A DNA stretch of 26,167 nucleotides from positions 1-26,167 of the forward strand of contig NW_021835596.1 in the NCBI RefSeq assembly GCF_006345805.1. The letters run 5' to 3'. The stretch's first letter is position 1. Each line of letters begins with the position of its first letter. The position numbers and the translations under genes were made by a program. This document shows positions 1 to 10,960 of the stretch, piece by piece. The stretch is from Octopus sinensis (taxonomy: Eukaryota). The notes below the pieces were generated by a model. The model worked only from the letters and a program-made list of their open reading frames with translations. It did no database searches and had not been told where the DNA came from.

Positions 1-264
1 TGGAAATATCCACAAACACCATCTCTTCGGTTATCTGGCCATCTGAAAAACGCTATGAAAAAATACCGTTATATAAAGGGAAATTACTGTGTTATAATTC
101 TACTACTTATATAAAATAAGATTAAAATTTCATAGTCTAGTCATACGCTCACATGTGCGCTCGCGGACCCACGTGCGTAATTATACGTCACTATAAAAAC
201 GTACACATCTTCACTCGCATAAATAGTTTTATAAATAAACCCGAAAGGCTTTGCAGGTTAAACT

Positions 265-274
265 CACACACACA

Positions 275-312
<38 letters not shown>

Positions 313-341
313 TATATATGTGTATATATACTCATACATGC

Positions 342-378
<37 letters not shown>

Positions 379-405
379 CCTGTATGTACATATATATATA
401 TACTA

Positions 406-406
<1 letters not shown>
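265..406. repeat. Compound (CA)n/(TA)n/(TG)n microsatellite
   Basis: Directly visible runs of ca, then ta, then tg. Confidence 0.95.
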
Positions 407-448
<42 letters not shown>

Positions 449-449
449 T

Positions 450-500
<51 letters not shown>
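407..500. repeat. (GATA)n tetranucleotide microsatellite
   Basis: About 23 near-perfect tagа/gata units with one interruption. Confidence 0.97.
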
Positions 501-502
<2 letters not shown>

Positions 503-769
503 TTTATTCAGAAATTCACCTACGATGTATCTTTCAGGGTTCGATTCGTTGTTTTTCAGTAAATGGCATTGACACTGAGACATCGCACGTCAAATACTTT
601 ATTGTTTGTCTCCTAAACACATTCCTATGAAGACTTAAATCTGGGAGTCTTCTACATCTGTATATTTTCATCGCTGTCTCCCCTACATGTACACACATGC
701 ACACACGCATGCACACGAACACACAGACGCATACACATACACACACAAACACAGATACCTAAATGTTGG

Positions 770-1545
770 GTCACCTTCGCCCCCTCCACCCCTGTGCACT
801 TTGGTGACTCATGTGACCGATCCAAGATTGGCAGATCCGCACACAGCGGCCACAAGAAAGTCTTTGTGCTGTGCTTGGCTCCGCCAGGTTGTGCCATTCC
901 ATCATCCTACCATCTTTTCCAGGTTGACACGCCGGTTTGCCTCAAGTGCGTCAGTAGCCTGCCAAGTGATAAATGTACTTATTCATACGGTTATGTTTAC
1001 ACACTCACACACGCACATACATACATATGTAGCCACCAGTAGCCTTAGAGTCCGAAGTCTGGGTGATCCGTTTATGGGGCGGTCAAAGTTACAAATTTCC
1101 CAGGCCATTTTTATACTGCTTATTGGACGAATCGCTCTTTCGACAGCCACTAGACAATTCCCCGTAAAGTACGATCTCTAGCAAGCGATGGGGACATTCT
1201 GGAGATATGCTTCACCCTGTGTCCTAATAAGAATGGTCTTGAGACTGGTTGTGTTGGCTCCTCGAAGAGTCCTGTGTTGGTGACGTAATTAGTCCAGTGA
1301 ATATTTAATATGGCATGCAGACAGAGTTGGTTGAACGTCTCCAGGAGACGGGCGTGACAGCGATACAAAATCCATGACTCAAAGACTTATACGTGTCTAG
1401 TAAGACCTGCGGCCCTGTGAATGCTGAGATTTGCCTGGTTTTGAAGTTATTTCTCTACACCTTCTTGCTATGTCCTGGCTTTGGTTAGTCTGTTGCACAA
1501 TTCCTTATCGATTCTTGTATCAGTGAACACTCCCTAGATAGCAAC
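770..1545 (-). mobile_element. Decayed RTE-clade LINE, 3' part of the RT ORF (5'-truncated)
   Basis: Minus-strand translation with stops and frameshifts gives YLGSV..DTRIDKELCNRLTKA..ESWILYRCHARLLETFNQLCLHAILNIHWTNYVTN..IVLYGELSSGCRK.., and a C-terminal SCGRCVRICQSWIGHMSH. These match the RTE/BovB-type post-RT region and terminal CxxC..S.IG..SH finger. Interrupted by a (CA) tract near 990-1030. Confidence 0.9.
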
Positions 1546-1574
1546 ACCAGATATCGTCACTGTCACCCAATTCA

Positions 1575-1890
1575 TCGCCATGTATTGTATTCTTGGAGCA
1601 CATTGATGAGACTACAACAAATGTTTTTTCCAATTAAGCCCTTGTATTCCAGCTGCCTTGCCAACCAGCTCCCCATATTCTCCATCCATTCTGTTCTTTG
1701 CCTGCCTCTTCATCTACTGCCCTTTAGTCCTCCTTCCATGTTATTGTTTTCCGAACCTCTGATTCTTCGAATGCTGCTTGGGGCTGTTGTTTCGTTTTTC
1801 TCTTCACAATATTCACGCCATGTTGTCTTTCACTTATTGTGTCACCCGTTCATCTGTTCAATGATCCTTGTAAGAGACTCGTAACATTTT
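1575..1890 (-). mobile_element. Second, different RTE-clade LINE 3' fragment
   Basis: Minus strand gives MLRVSYKDH*TDERV (RTE 'MLRISW..H.TNEEV') and MEGGLKGSR*RGRQRTEWMENM (RTE 'MEG..EG.R.RGRQR..W.DNI'). Confidence 0.8.
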
Positions 1891-2371
1891 CTTATTCACC
1901 CATATTTCAAACTCATTGAGAAAGTCAGAACTAAGTACTCCGCGGCTGCCATATCTTCTCCACTGTACACTCCGTATCTCCACCCACTCATCTTCTGCTG
2001 CACATTTTCCCTTCTTCTTCTTTTTCTTTCATTCCTTGCTCACGTTTTTTTCTCTCGATAATTTCATCTTTTAAACTTTTAATGATTTTTATTGCTTTTC
2101 TTCTTTGTAAATTAAACGTGATGTTGTGTGGAAATGTGTTTTAATTAAAATTAAAAATAAAACAACGTCCCTCATTATCTTTGCTACATCTTCATTTTCC
2201 CGCTCTGCCTCTGCTAATAAACACCAATGTTACGCTCTTCATCCTCCAAACCATTACATCTGATAAACCTTGTTGTTCAGCCAAGCTTTCGCTGCGGTCA
2301 GCAATTAAAGTCAAAATGGGTGGAACATTCCCTCTCTCTTTTTTTCTCTTCTTTTACCTTTTAATCGTGTT

Positions 2372-2754
2372 ATTTGTTTCATTCTTCGGCCATACTGGAG
2401 CACCACCCAGAGAATATTTTAGTGGAATATTTTAGTGCTTATTTCTTCATGTATTTCTTTATTTCTTTATTTACTTTTGTAAAACCTGACACTTATTCGA
2501 GGGGTTCTCTTTTGCCGAAAGATGCAACAGTCAGCATCGGTTCTCAAGTGATGGTGGGGGGGGACACAAAGACAGACACAGAGTCACACACGCATACATA
2601 TATGCATGTGTAATGTGTGTGTGTGTGCGTGTGTGCGTGTGTGGTGTGTGTGTACATGCAATAGACATGACTCAAGGTACTATGCAGGGGTATTGAACCC
2701 GGAACGATGTGGTTTGCGAAGCAAACTTCTGACAATACAGCCACACTTCTGCCT
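2372..2754 (-). mobile_element. tRNA-derived SINE, type A (internal CA/TG microsatellite), diverged full-length copy
   Basis: Colinear with 15381-15807: shares cggccat(a/g)ctgg(a/g)gcacc, ttttgccgaa, cggtt..aag..g..ggtgggg, internal (CA) tract and tgaacc.ggaac.atgtggtt..acagccac head. The 5' half also matches 20190-20352 in reverse. Confidence 0.8.
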
Positions 2755-2901
2755 ATGCTTATAAATCACTTCCTTGCTCTTGTGTTCACGCCATGACATG
2801 TCCTAAATCCATGAGAAGGATTTGCAAGTCCCCTTGGCTTGATTCCTTTAGACCCTGTGCAGAGAGCATTCCTTGGTATGGCACTTGGCACCAGGAATAC
2901 G

Positions 2902-2953
<52 letters not shown>
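2902..2953. repeat. (GA)n microsatellite
   Basis: Visible ga run with one gac interruption. Confidence 0.95.
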
Positions 2954-2956
<3 letters not shown>

Positions 2957-3601
2957 GAGTTGGCGTTGATGACACAATTCCAGTGACTAACAAATCTGAT
3001 AAGCAACATTGGTGAAGATGCAATATGTAAACATCTTGATTAATTGCACATTGAAAATTTTGCGATAAAAAATTTCAATTGAAGAAAGACAGGAAAAGAG
3101 GAAAGAAAGAATAAATAGCGGAGAGTAGAAGAAAGAAAAGAAGGAATGAAAGGGCGAAGAGATGGAGAGACGGAGGGAGAAAGAGAGAGAAAGAGACAGT
3201 GAGAGACAGGTAGAAAGGACTGATAAGGAAAGCAAGAATCGTCTTGGAATAATTCCCAATCAAAATGCAAGTACATACGATATGAGAGACATCCATTTGT
3301 TAGAATTCAATGCCTGCAACTCCATAGCAATCCTAAACGAAATTATGGGAAAGGTTATTTCCCGCTGCTTACAACACAACCAGAGAAATAAAGATCTATG
3401 GCAAAATACAATGTCATTAACCCTTTCATCTCTGTCTGTGTGTCTCTCTCTCACTCTCCTTCTCTCTCTCTCTCTCATTCACAATCGCTTTGTCTATCTA
3501 AATCTGTCTTGCTATCTAAGTGTGTGTGTGCGTGTGTGTGTGTGTCAGAGAGTTTTCGGATTGAGCTCTCTACGTGTAGGTGTTAAGGTTTCCATTTTGA
3601 A

Positions 3602-3643
<42 letters not shown>

Positions 3644-3746
3644 ATTACTGCTGTGCTTGTTACTATTATCATTATTATTCTCATCATCAACATCATCATC
3701 ATCACTATTATCATCCTAGTTGTTGATACCGTCGTTGTCGTCGTCG

Positions 3747-3777
<31 letters not shown>
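3602..3777. repeat. Compound (ATT)n/(ATC)n/(GTC)n/(GTT)n trinucleotide microsatellite
   Basis: Directly visible; source of the poly-Leu/poly-Ser stretches in ORF 3162..3719. Confidence 0.95.
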
Positions 3778-3967
3778 GCATCGCGGTAAAGATAGAAGCG
3801 TAATTAAATTTTTGCTTTCATAAAATTTGTGTGAAGCATTGTGGAGTTTGATTTGAATAATGCTGTTACAAAACGAACTTGTATTTTGAAAAAGAAAAAT
3901 GTTTTAATTTATCTTACATTAATATTAAATATTTCCACCATGGAAATTTATTTTCATATTGGAATAC

Positions 3968-3991
3968 ACATATATTATTTATATATACTAC

Positions 3992-4044
<53 letters not shown>

Positions 4045-4047
4045 ACG

Positions 4048-4119
<72 letters not shown>

Positions 4120-4165
4120 GTGATATATAAATATATAAATATATATATATGTATATATACACATA
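3968..4165. repeat. Long imperfect (TA)n tract
   Basis: About 200 bp of ta with scattered interruptions. Confidence 0.95.
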
Positions 4166-4442
4166 TCAAGCAAGAGAACGAGAGATGTATGTAAATAAAG
4201 TGCATGTATGTGCATGTAGTGTGAGTATTTAAGTGTGAATATACATACACAAATGTAGGTATATATTTATGGGTGTGAGTATGTGCGTAATAAGTAGAGA
4301 AATATTTTATCGAGTTGGTTGAGAGTACACACACACACAGGGTTAGGCTTAGAGATAGAATAGCTGAAATATTTCTATTTTTGAATGTCAGCAAGTCTCT
4401 CACACACACGCATATATATGTATCTTTTCACATATATATATG

Positions 4443-4474
<32 letters not shown>

Positions 4475-4825
4475 TATATTTATGTACCTGTAGACATTAA
4501 TACATAAGTTCATAGAGATATATGTACAGACCTGTATAAGTATGTATGCTTATGCTAGTACACATGCCTAAGCATATGCGTTGAACTAATACATACACAT
4601 GCGTAGATACTGTCGAAATGTACCGAAATCGCTTAATACCTCCCACCGACAGCTGATGAAGGGAATGTCCTGCTGTGCAAGTTTAGATAATGCATAGATA
4701 CATACACAAATACATACATAAATACATAGAAGCAGAAATAGATACATACACGCATGCAAACATGCATACATACTTCTGAATATATATATTATATATATAG
4801 TATATATATATATATATTATATATA

Positions 4826-5099
4826 TGAGTGCATGAGTGCGTATACACATGTGTGCAATTTTGTGCTTGCATCTGTATAAACCTTCCATACAATAATAAC
4901 TTACTGACATGAGTAAATAAAATATGCAGAAAAACTGACATGTGCAATAATTGATGTAAACCTTCACACACACGCGCGCGACCCCCACACAACACCTATG
5001 TCTATACAAGTATGTATATGTGTATAAATATATGTGACATATATATAACATATATACATATACAGGAGATTTATAAGTTATATATATACCACATCTATA

Positions 5100-5152
<53 letters not shown>

Positions 5153-5449
5153 ATATATATAAATAGTATATATATATATATGAGTGCATGAGTGCGTATA
5201 CACATGTGTGCAACTTTGTGCTTGCATCTGTATAAACTTCCATACAATAATAACTTACTGACATGAGTAAATTAAAATATGCAGAAAAACTGACATGTGC
5301 AATAATTGATGTAAACCTTCACACACACGCGCGCGCGACCCCCACACAAACACCTATATGTATATACAAGTATGTATATGTGTATAAATATATGTGACAT
5401 ATATATAACATATATACATATACAGGAGATTTATAAGTTATATATATAC
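4826..5449 (+). repeat. Direct tandem duplication, unit about 355-360 bp (unique cores 4826-5089 and 5181-5449)
   Basis: tgagtgcatgagtgcgtatacac...tacaggagatttataagttatatatatac occurs twice, differing mainly by 1-2 nt indels; copies are separated and flanked by (TA)n. Confidence 0.95.
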
Positions 5450-5461
5450 ACACATATATAT

Positions 5462-5492
<31 letters not shown>

Positions 5493-5839
5493 ATATATAT
5501 ATATATATAGGTATGTAGAGAACACGTGTACGTATATGATGCACATACATATCAACGTATTTAAAGGCATAGATATATTTATTAATATATGTATACATGT
5601 ATATGTATATATATATATGTGCGTATGTATATATATATATACATATATACATACATATATATATATATAGCATGTATGTTTGTTTACACATATACAAATG
5701 ATCATGTATATACATATGTGTGTGTATATATTTATGCCTTTATACATATGTATATATGTGTGTTTATATATATATATCTATATATATATATGTGCGTATA
5801 TATACATGTATATACATATATATATACATACAAACACAC

Positions 5840-5911
<72 letters not shown>

Positions 5912-5912
5912 G
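5450..5912. repeat. Compound (TA)n/(TATG)n/(CA)n low-complexity block
   Basis: Directly visible; explains the YIYI-type ORFs. Confidence 0.9.
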
Positions 5913-6574
5913 TACATATATTCAGAAATGCAAAGACAACCACGATAAGTACTCCACAGCCGCCCTACAGAAAAATAAATATGATAAATATGTATGAAAA
6001 CAAAATAAAAAAACAAATAACAACAACCAAAACAACAATTGCAACAGCACGAACAGCAACAACAACAACAACAACTACAACTGTAGCGGAATAAAAAAAA
6101 AACGAAGGTAAGATCTTGGAAAATATTCCGTTTTCTGGTGAAATGTCTTTGAAAGATCATCAAATAAATTTGTTTCTGTTTTTTCTCCGTTTCTGAATAT
6201 TTATTAATCTTATCTTTCTTGCAGGCAAACATAATTGATAACACAGATTTGAACACCGACACACGGGTTTGAACCCGAAAGCTTTGTTTTATGTTTGTTT
6301 CTCTGTGGCGTGTGGGTGCGTGGTATCTATATATATATATATATATGTGTGCGTGTATGAGTTTGCATGTTTGCGCGTTGTGCATGGTGTCGGTGTTTGT
6401 GTTATTAGGGATGTATATGATAGTGGCGATGATGGTGGTGTTGCCGATGCTGCTGACATCTGGTGGGAAGAGGTGCTTTTATTTTGCTTGTTGCCTTTCC
6501 CTTTAATAAGGCGATTATCACCATCAACATCACCAGCATCACAACCGACATTATAACTGTGTGCTTCTACAAAC

Positions 6575-7015
6575 ACACACACTTGAACACATACACACAT
6601 ATACAAGTACATACACACATACACACACACGTACATCAAGGAGGGAAAATATAATGTATGGAAGAAGCGAAACGTATTTATATAATGTTATTAAAACTCT
6701 ACTACACGCATTGACATATACATATATATATATACATACACATACGTACATATACAAACATATATACCTACACACATAAGATCTTTTGTTTCAAGCTCGA
6801 CATATATATATATATATTATATATATATACATACATATGTATGTATATGTTTTATATATATATGTGTGCGTGTTTATATGTATGTATATATATATATATA
6901 TATATACATGCACACGGTTTATATATATATGTATATATACGGATGTATATACACACACATAGCATACACGCACATACACGCACACACACACAACAAACAT
7001 ATACATAAATACACA
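6575..7015. repeat. Compound (CA)n/(TA)n low-complexity block
   Basis: Directly visible dinucleotide mosaics. Confidence 0.85.
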
Positions 7016-7831
7016 CGGTGTCGATTTCATTTCTCTATTCCTATATATTAAAATATTCACTTGAAACTGTATATTTTCTTCCTGTCATATTTTTATTGTT
7101 TTATGTATTAAATACAATTATTTTCCTATTTTACTTTAGTGTTTTTATGTAATTATTTACCTATTTTTATTTTTGGGGTTTCTATTTTTTTTTTGTCCAT
7201 TTCTTCTGTTTCTTCTGCTCTACATATCCATGGTTTCCGTCTGTTGATCTTCCGCCACTTATGCATTCAGCACTCTTTCAAATCCTTCCCTCCAACCACC
7301 TCTCTTCCATATTTGTTCCTCATCATTTGACCCTTATGCTTCCTCCCTTTCCTCTTACCTCACCCCGCTTCTTTTGTCTGATTCCTTCCTTTTATGTAAG
7401 TTAAGATGATATTTTCTCGTTTTTGCTTTAAAGTTATTGTAAGGAATCGATTCATGTTGAAATCGATTGATAATGCTCCTTAAAAAAGTTCAGATGAAAA
7501 GAAAAACAATATCAGTGATCAATGGTTCGCGTTCACACATCGGCAGTGTTCTGTGTTGACTGCGTCTATCAGATGACCCCTAAAGTTTCCAATATTCCAA
7601 CAACATCAACCAAGGTAATGTTGTATTGCATAAAACATGTAATTAGTGGGAGCATTATGATTTTGACGAATGTTTATTACTAACGTTGCTCTGTTGTGTC
7701 TATATTTCCAAGATAGCCTTCGATATTTTGAAATATTAGAAAGATATGAACTAAAAAAACATTATGTAGCAAATAATAAATTATAAACGGTGGTAGCATT
7801 ATGTTTTGACGAAGGTTTATTATTAACGTGT

Positions 7832-8153
7832 GAAAGCAAGTGGCGCAGCGGTCAGTGGATTCGGCTGACGATTGTACGGGCATGAGTTCTGTTCCTCGCC
7901 GCATGTTGAGTTCCTGATGCTTTACTTGACATGGCTCCAGTCCACTCGGCTGGCAAAAATGAGTTGTAAATGTAATTCCAAAAGGCAGCCTTGTTACATT
8001 ACGTGTCTCACTGAATCTTCCCGAGAGCTATATCAAGGGTACGCGTGTCTGTGGAGTACTCAGCCAGTTGCACGTTAACTTCACCAGCAAGCTGTTCTGT
8101 TGATTGTGTCAACTGGAACACACGTCGTCGCAACCGACGGAGTGCCAGTTTTC
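7832..8153 (+). mobile_element. tRNA-derived SINE, head type D with tail shared with 18016-18175
   Basis: A-box-like tggcgcagcgg near the 5' end; the 3' about 175 bp (cagccttgt..ctgaatct..aagggtac..gtggagtactc..cgtcgt..aaccgacggagtgc) matches the reverse complement of 18016-18175; 10-bp TSD attaacgtgt at 7822-7831 and 8154-8163. Confidence 0.9.
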
Positions 8154-8177
8154 ATTAACGTGTTATTTTGAAATATT

Positions 8178-8382
8178 GCTTTCAGATTTTGGCACAAGGC
8201 CAGCAATTTTGCGGAGGGTTTAAGTTGATCACATTAACCCGTGCAGTCAACTTATTTTATCGAGTCTGGAAGGATGAAAGGCAAAATCGACCACATCGGA
8301 ATTTGAACTCAGAACATAAAGCCGGACGAAATGCAGCTAAGCATTTTATCCGATGTGCTAACGATTCGGCCAGCTCGTCACC
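8178..8382 (-). mobile_element. tRNA-derived SINE, type B
   Basis: Reverse complement matches 14017-14235 (gagctggc.ga..cgttagcac.tcgga..aaatgctta..ttcgtcc..tgag.tcaaatt..ggccttgtgccaaa); 8-bp TSD gaaatatt at 8170-8177 and 8383-8390. Confidence 0.9.
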
Positions 8383-8841
8383 GAAATATTCTGGAAATAT
8401 TGAAGAAAGAACTCATCCGATGACTTATATAACGAAAAAATAAGAACAACAGCGGTAGCATCATAATTTTGACGAAGGTTCATTGCGTAATTAACGATGT
8501 TTCTGAAGATTTTTGTTTTACAGATTTGAGATTATCTTGTTAGTTTCCTGCCAGATAATTTCAGGAACTTAGGAGTGTTCTTTACAATTCTATCACTAAC
8601 AATTGAAGGGTGATTGGAAACGTATTCTTTCTTCCAGTCGATCTTTCGCTGTATATATCTTAATTGAATTAGAAATAAAAGTGATGAGTGGTACCACAAT
8701 ATCGAAACGATTACACACAAGCGACAAATGTCAAGAACTCTAAGAAAATACAACCAAATGTCAAGGAAGCCTGGCAAATATACCATTTCAAGAATTCGTT
8801 TTGTTTTTATATATAATATGGAAACGTTTACGTAAAAAGTT

Positions 8842-9102
8842 GTCTCATGGCAAAGAGAACTACTTCAAGGTAATATAAAATTGCCATGGCAACAACGTGA
8901 CACAACATCAGAAAGGTTCCCCAATAAATTCAAACTTCTGAGTTACAACAATGCACCTGTCTTAACAATAGCAAGCTATCTTTGCATCAGCATTGTATCT
9001 TAGCAACAGCTTGGTGTATTAGCAGCATCATTCCGTATGACCGACAGCGATACATCTCAACGTCAGCATTGTATCTTAGCAACAGTATTTTGTTTTAGCA
9101 AC
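8842..9102. promoter_or_regulatory. Cluster of RFX X-box-like motifs (candidate RFX enhancer/promoter)
   Basis: ATTGCCATGGCAAC (8880-8893, perfect 12-bp palindrome TTGCCATGGCAA), GTCTCATGGCAAA (8842-8854), GTATCTTAGCAAC twice (8995-9007, 9071-9083, inside an exact 23-bp direct repeat) and GTTTTAGCAAC (9092-9102); compare the RFX consensus GTNRCC-N0-3-RGYAAC. Confidence 0.45.
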
Positions 9103-9271
9103 AGCCAGATGACAAGATAGTCATATCTGGAACGTCTATGATCGTTAGTGCACTAAATCAAGCCTGAGCTGGAGCTAAATACCAACAACAACGCTACCAC
9201 CACCTACACTACCACCGCTACCAATACCGCCAATACCACCATCACTGCTACCACCAGCAGCAGCAGCAGCA

Positions 9272-9647
9272 GTGGAGGTGCAATGGCCCAGTGGATTTGG
9301 GCAGCGGACTCGCGGTCGGAGGATCGCGGTTTCGATTCCCAGACCGGGCGTTGTGTGTGTTTAATGAGCGAAAACACCTAAAGCTCCACGAGGCTCCGGC
9401 AGGGGGTGGTGACGACCCCTGTTGTAATCTTTCGCTCCAACTTTTTCTCACTCTTACTTCCTGCTTCTTGTCCCCGACTTCCTACGCAACCGCTGAGCCT
9501 GGATGCGCATTCATCCATCCGTCGATGCTCTCGGTGTCGGGGGTTGACCTGCTTTCTCTTCTGCGGGTCTTACGAATAGCAAAGGACCGCGTTTCGGACT
9601 TCTCCAACTACAGGACGAAGACCGCTTCGCTCAACAAACAAACAAAC
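9272..9647 (+). mobile_element. tRNA-derived SINE, head type C with a distinct tail ending in (CAAA)n
   Basis: A box TGGCCCAGTGG and B-box-like GGTTTCGATTCC; first about 195 bp closely matches the reverse complement of 18183-18377; ends caacaaacaaacaaac; (CAG)n on both flanks, consistent with insertion into and duplication of a CAG tract. Confidence 0.92.
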
Positions 9648-9711
9648 GGCAGCAGCAGCAGCAGCAGCGACAGCAACAACACAAGCCTATGGAGGAGCCT
9701 GTACGTTGTTG

Positions 9712-9905
9712 TTGCACCTGCTAGAAATAGCACCACTGTTTCCTCAAATCAAAGTCTACTATTCTTTTAAATGTGTTTATTGGATAGAAGAGTCCTGTGA
9801 AAACTATTTCTGAAGAGAAAAAAGGAATGGATGGTCATGTTTGGAATACTTTGATCATTATTCAATTCAGTGAAGCGTTATCGAGACCTACCCATCTACA
9901 ACAAA
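9712..9905 (+). mobile_element. Probable SINE-like 3' fragment
   Basis: tgctagaaata motif also at 25220-25230; ..gatggtcatg..ggaat..tttgatcat.. and an aacaac end resemble a cephalopod interspersed repeat I recall. Not verifiable here. Confidence 0.45.
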
Positions 9906-10447
9906 CGACAGTTAAACGCACAAATATCCTCATTAATTGCATAATTACCCGAAATATTACACCTCATTAAAAAAGAAGATATTGAATTAATTAATCAGAT
10001 ATCTCAGTCTCGAAACCATCAACGTTGCGGTTGTGGCATTCATTCATCTTTATACTACTTTATTTATTTTTTTTCTTTTATTTACACACCACAATTCTAT
10101 ATTTTACTCCAGAATTCCCTGCCTCTTTGTCTACCAAAATTTCTTTTCCTTTTTTTTTTTTTTTGTCTTTTTTTTTATCTAGCACAATCCGCCATTTTAT
10201 TCTACAGAAAGGAAATACAACTTTATCAGTTTTATCTTCCTCTTAGTTCCACACCATTCTTCACATTCGTCTCTCTCTACCCCCACTCCCCCTCCCCCCA
10301 CCCCATCCATAATTAACCACCATTGAATATTTATAACTTTTCTTCAAATTCATTCTCTTCTACCATCTACTTATCTACTTTCACCATTTATATTTATTCG
10401 TCTTCCTCTTCTTTTATCTTTCTTCTTCAATTTTTTCATCTACTTCA

Positions 10448-10479
10448 TCTTCTTCTTCTTCTTCTTCTTCTTCTTCTTC

Positions 10480-10513
<34 letters not shown>

Positions 10514-10559
10514 ATTATTATTATTATTATTATTGTTGTTGTTATTGTTGTTGTTGTTT

Positions 10560-10591
<32 letters not shown>

Positions 10592-10600
10592 ATTATTATT
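10448..10600. repeat. Compound (TCT)n(ATT)n(GTT)n microsatellite
   Basis: Directly visible. Confidence 0.97.
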
Positions 10601-10958
10601 ACCTCCGCCAAAGAAGGAGGTTATGTTTTCATCGGCGTTGGTTTGTCCGTCTGTGTGCAAAATAACTCCAAAAGTTGTGAACAGTATTTGATGAAACTTG
10701 CAAGAAAGTTGGTAATGACACAAGGAACAGATAATGAAATTTTGGTAGTGATCTGCGGAATTTTTATGGATTCTTGAAGGATTTTTCATTTTTTATATTT
10801 ACATGATGTATTACAATGTTATTTCTTTGATTATCTCCCTTGAAAACACGTTCATCGTTTGCACGTAACCTATAGTGGCGTTGCTGTTTCCAAAGTTTAT
10901 TTTCACTTCTCAGTTTCCTTTCCAGGTGGAACTTGAAAAAATCGATGAAGGCTTGGCT
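10601..10958 (+). mobile_element. Probable non-autonomous Helentron-associated (HINE/DINE-1-like) element, 3' end degraded
   Basis: Begins after TT with acctccgcc and a short inverted repeat acctcc..ggaggt (10601-10621), followed by the DINE-1-like gtccgtctgt seed; ends ggcttggc where a ggcggaggt sub-terminal repeat would be expected but is missing. Confidence 0.55.
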
Positions 10959-10960
10959 GA

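Larger units (their letters stand above)
7651..8496 (+). repeat. Degenerate minisatellite (about 120-145 bp unit, three copies) interrupted by two SINEs
   Basis: Core agcat(t/c)at..ttttgacgaa(t/g)gtt.att..taacg at 7651-7685, 7795-7828 and 8457-8496; (a/t)tattttgaaatatt-like motif also recurs near 7724, 8163 and 8386. Confidence 0.75.

Noticed and set aside
1900-2005. Possible RTE RT motif (EWVEI..GVLSSDFLN) extending the second RTE fragment
   Set aside because: Too degenerate and out of expected spacing to call.
3280-3333. 54-nt minus-strand symmetric exon candidate (IAMELQALNSNKWMSLI)
   Set aside because: Moderate splice sites, no recognisable homology; expected by chance at this window size.
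6264-6277. cgggtttgaacccg, a tRNA T-arm/B-box-like hairpin
   Set aside because: No A box or cloverleaf around it; not a tRNA gene.
8987-9102. Direct repeats as a CRISPR-like array
   Set aside because: Only two exact 23-bp copies plus a partial one, eukaryotic context, no cas genes.
9272-9350. SINE heads as tRNA genes
   Set aside because: They continue into SINE bodies, lack a proper acceptor stem and terminator, and are multi-copy.
9291-9770. 159-aa plus-strand ORF
   Set aside because: Lies almost entirely within a SINE and flanking CAG repeats.
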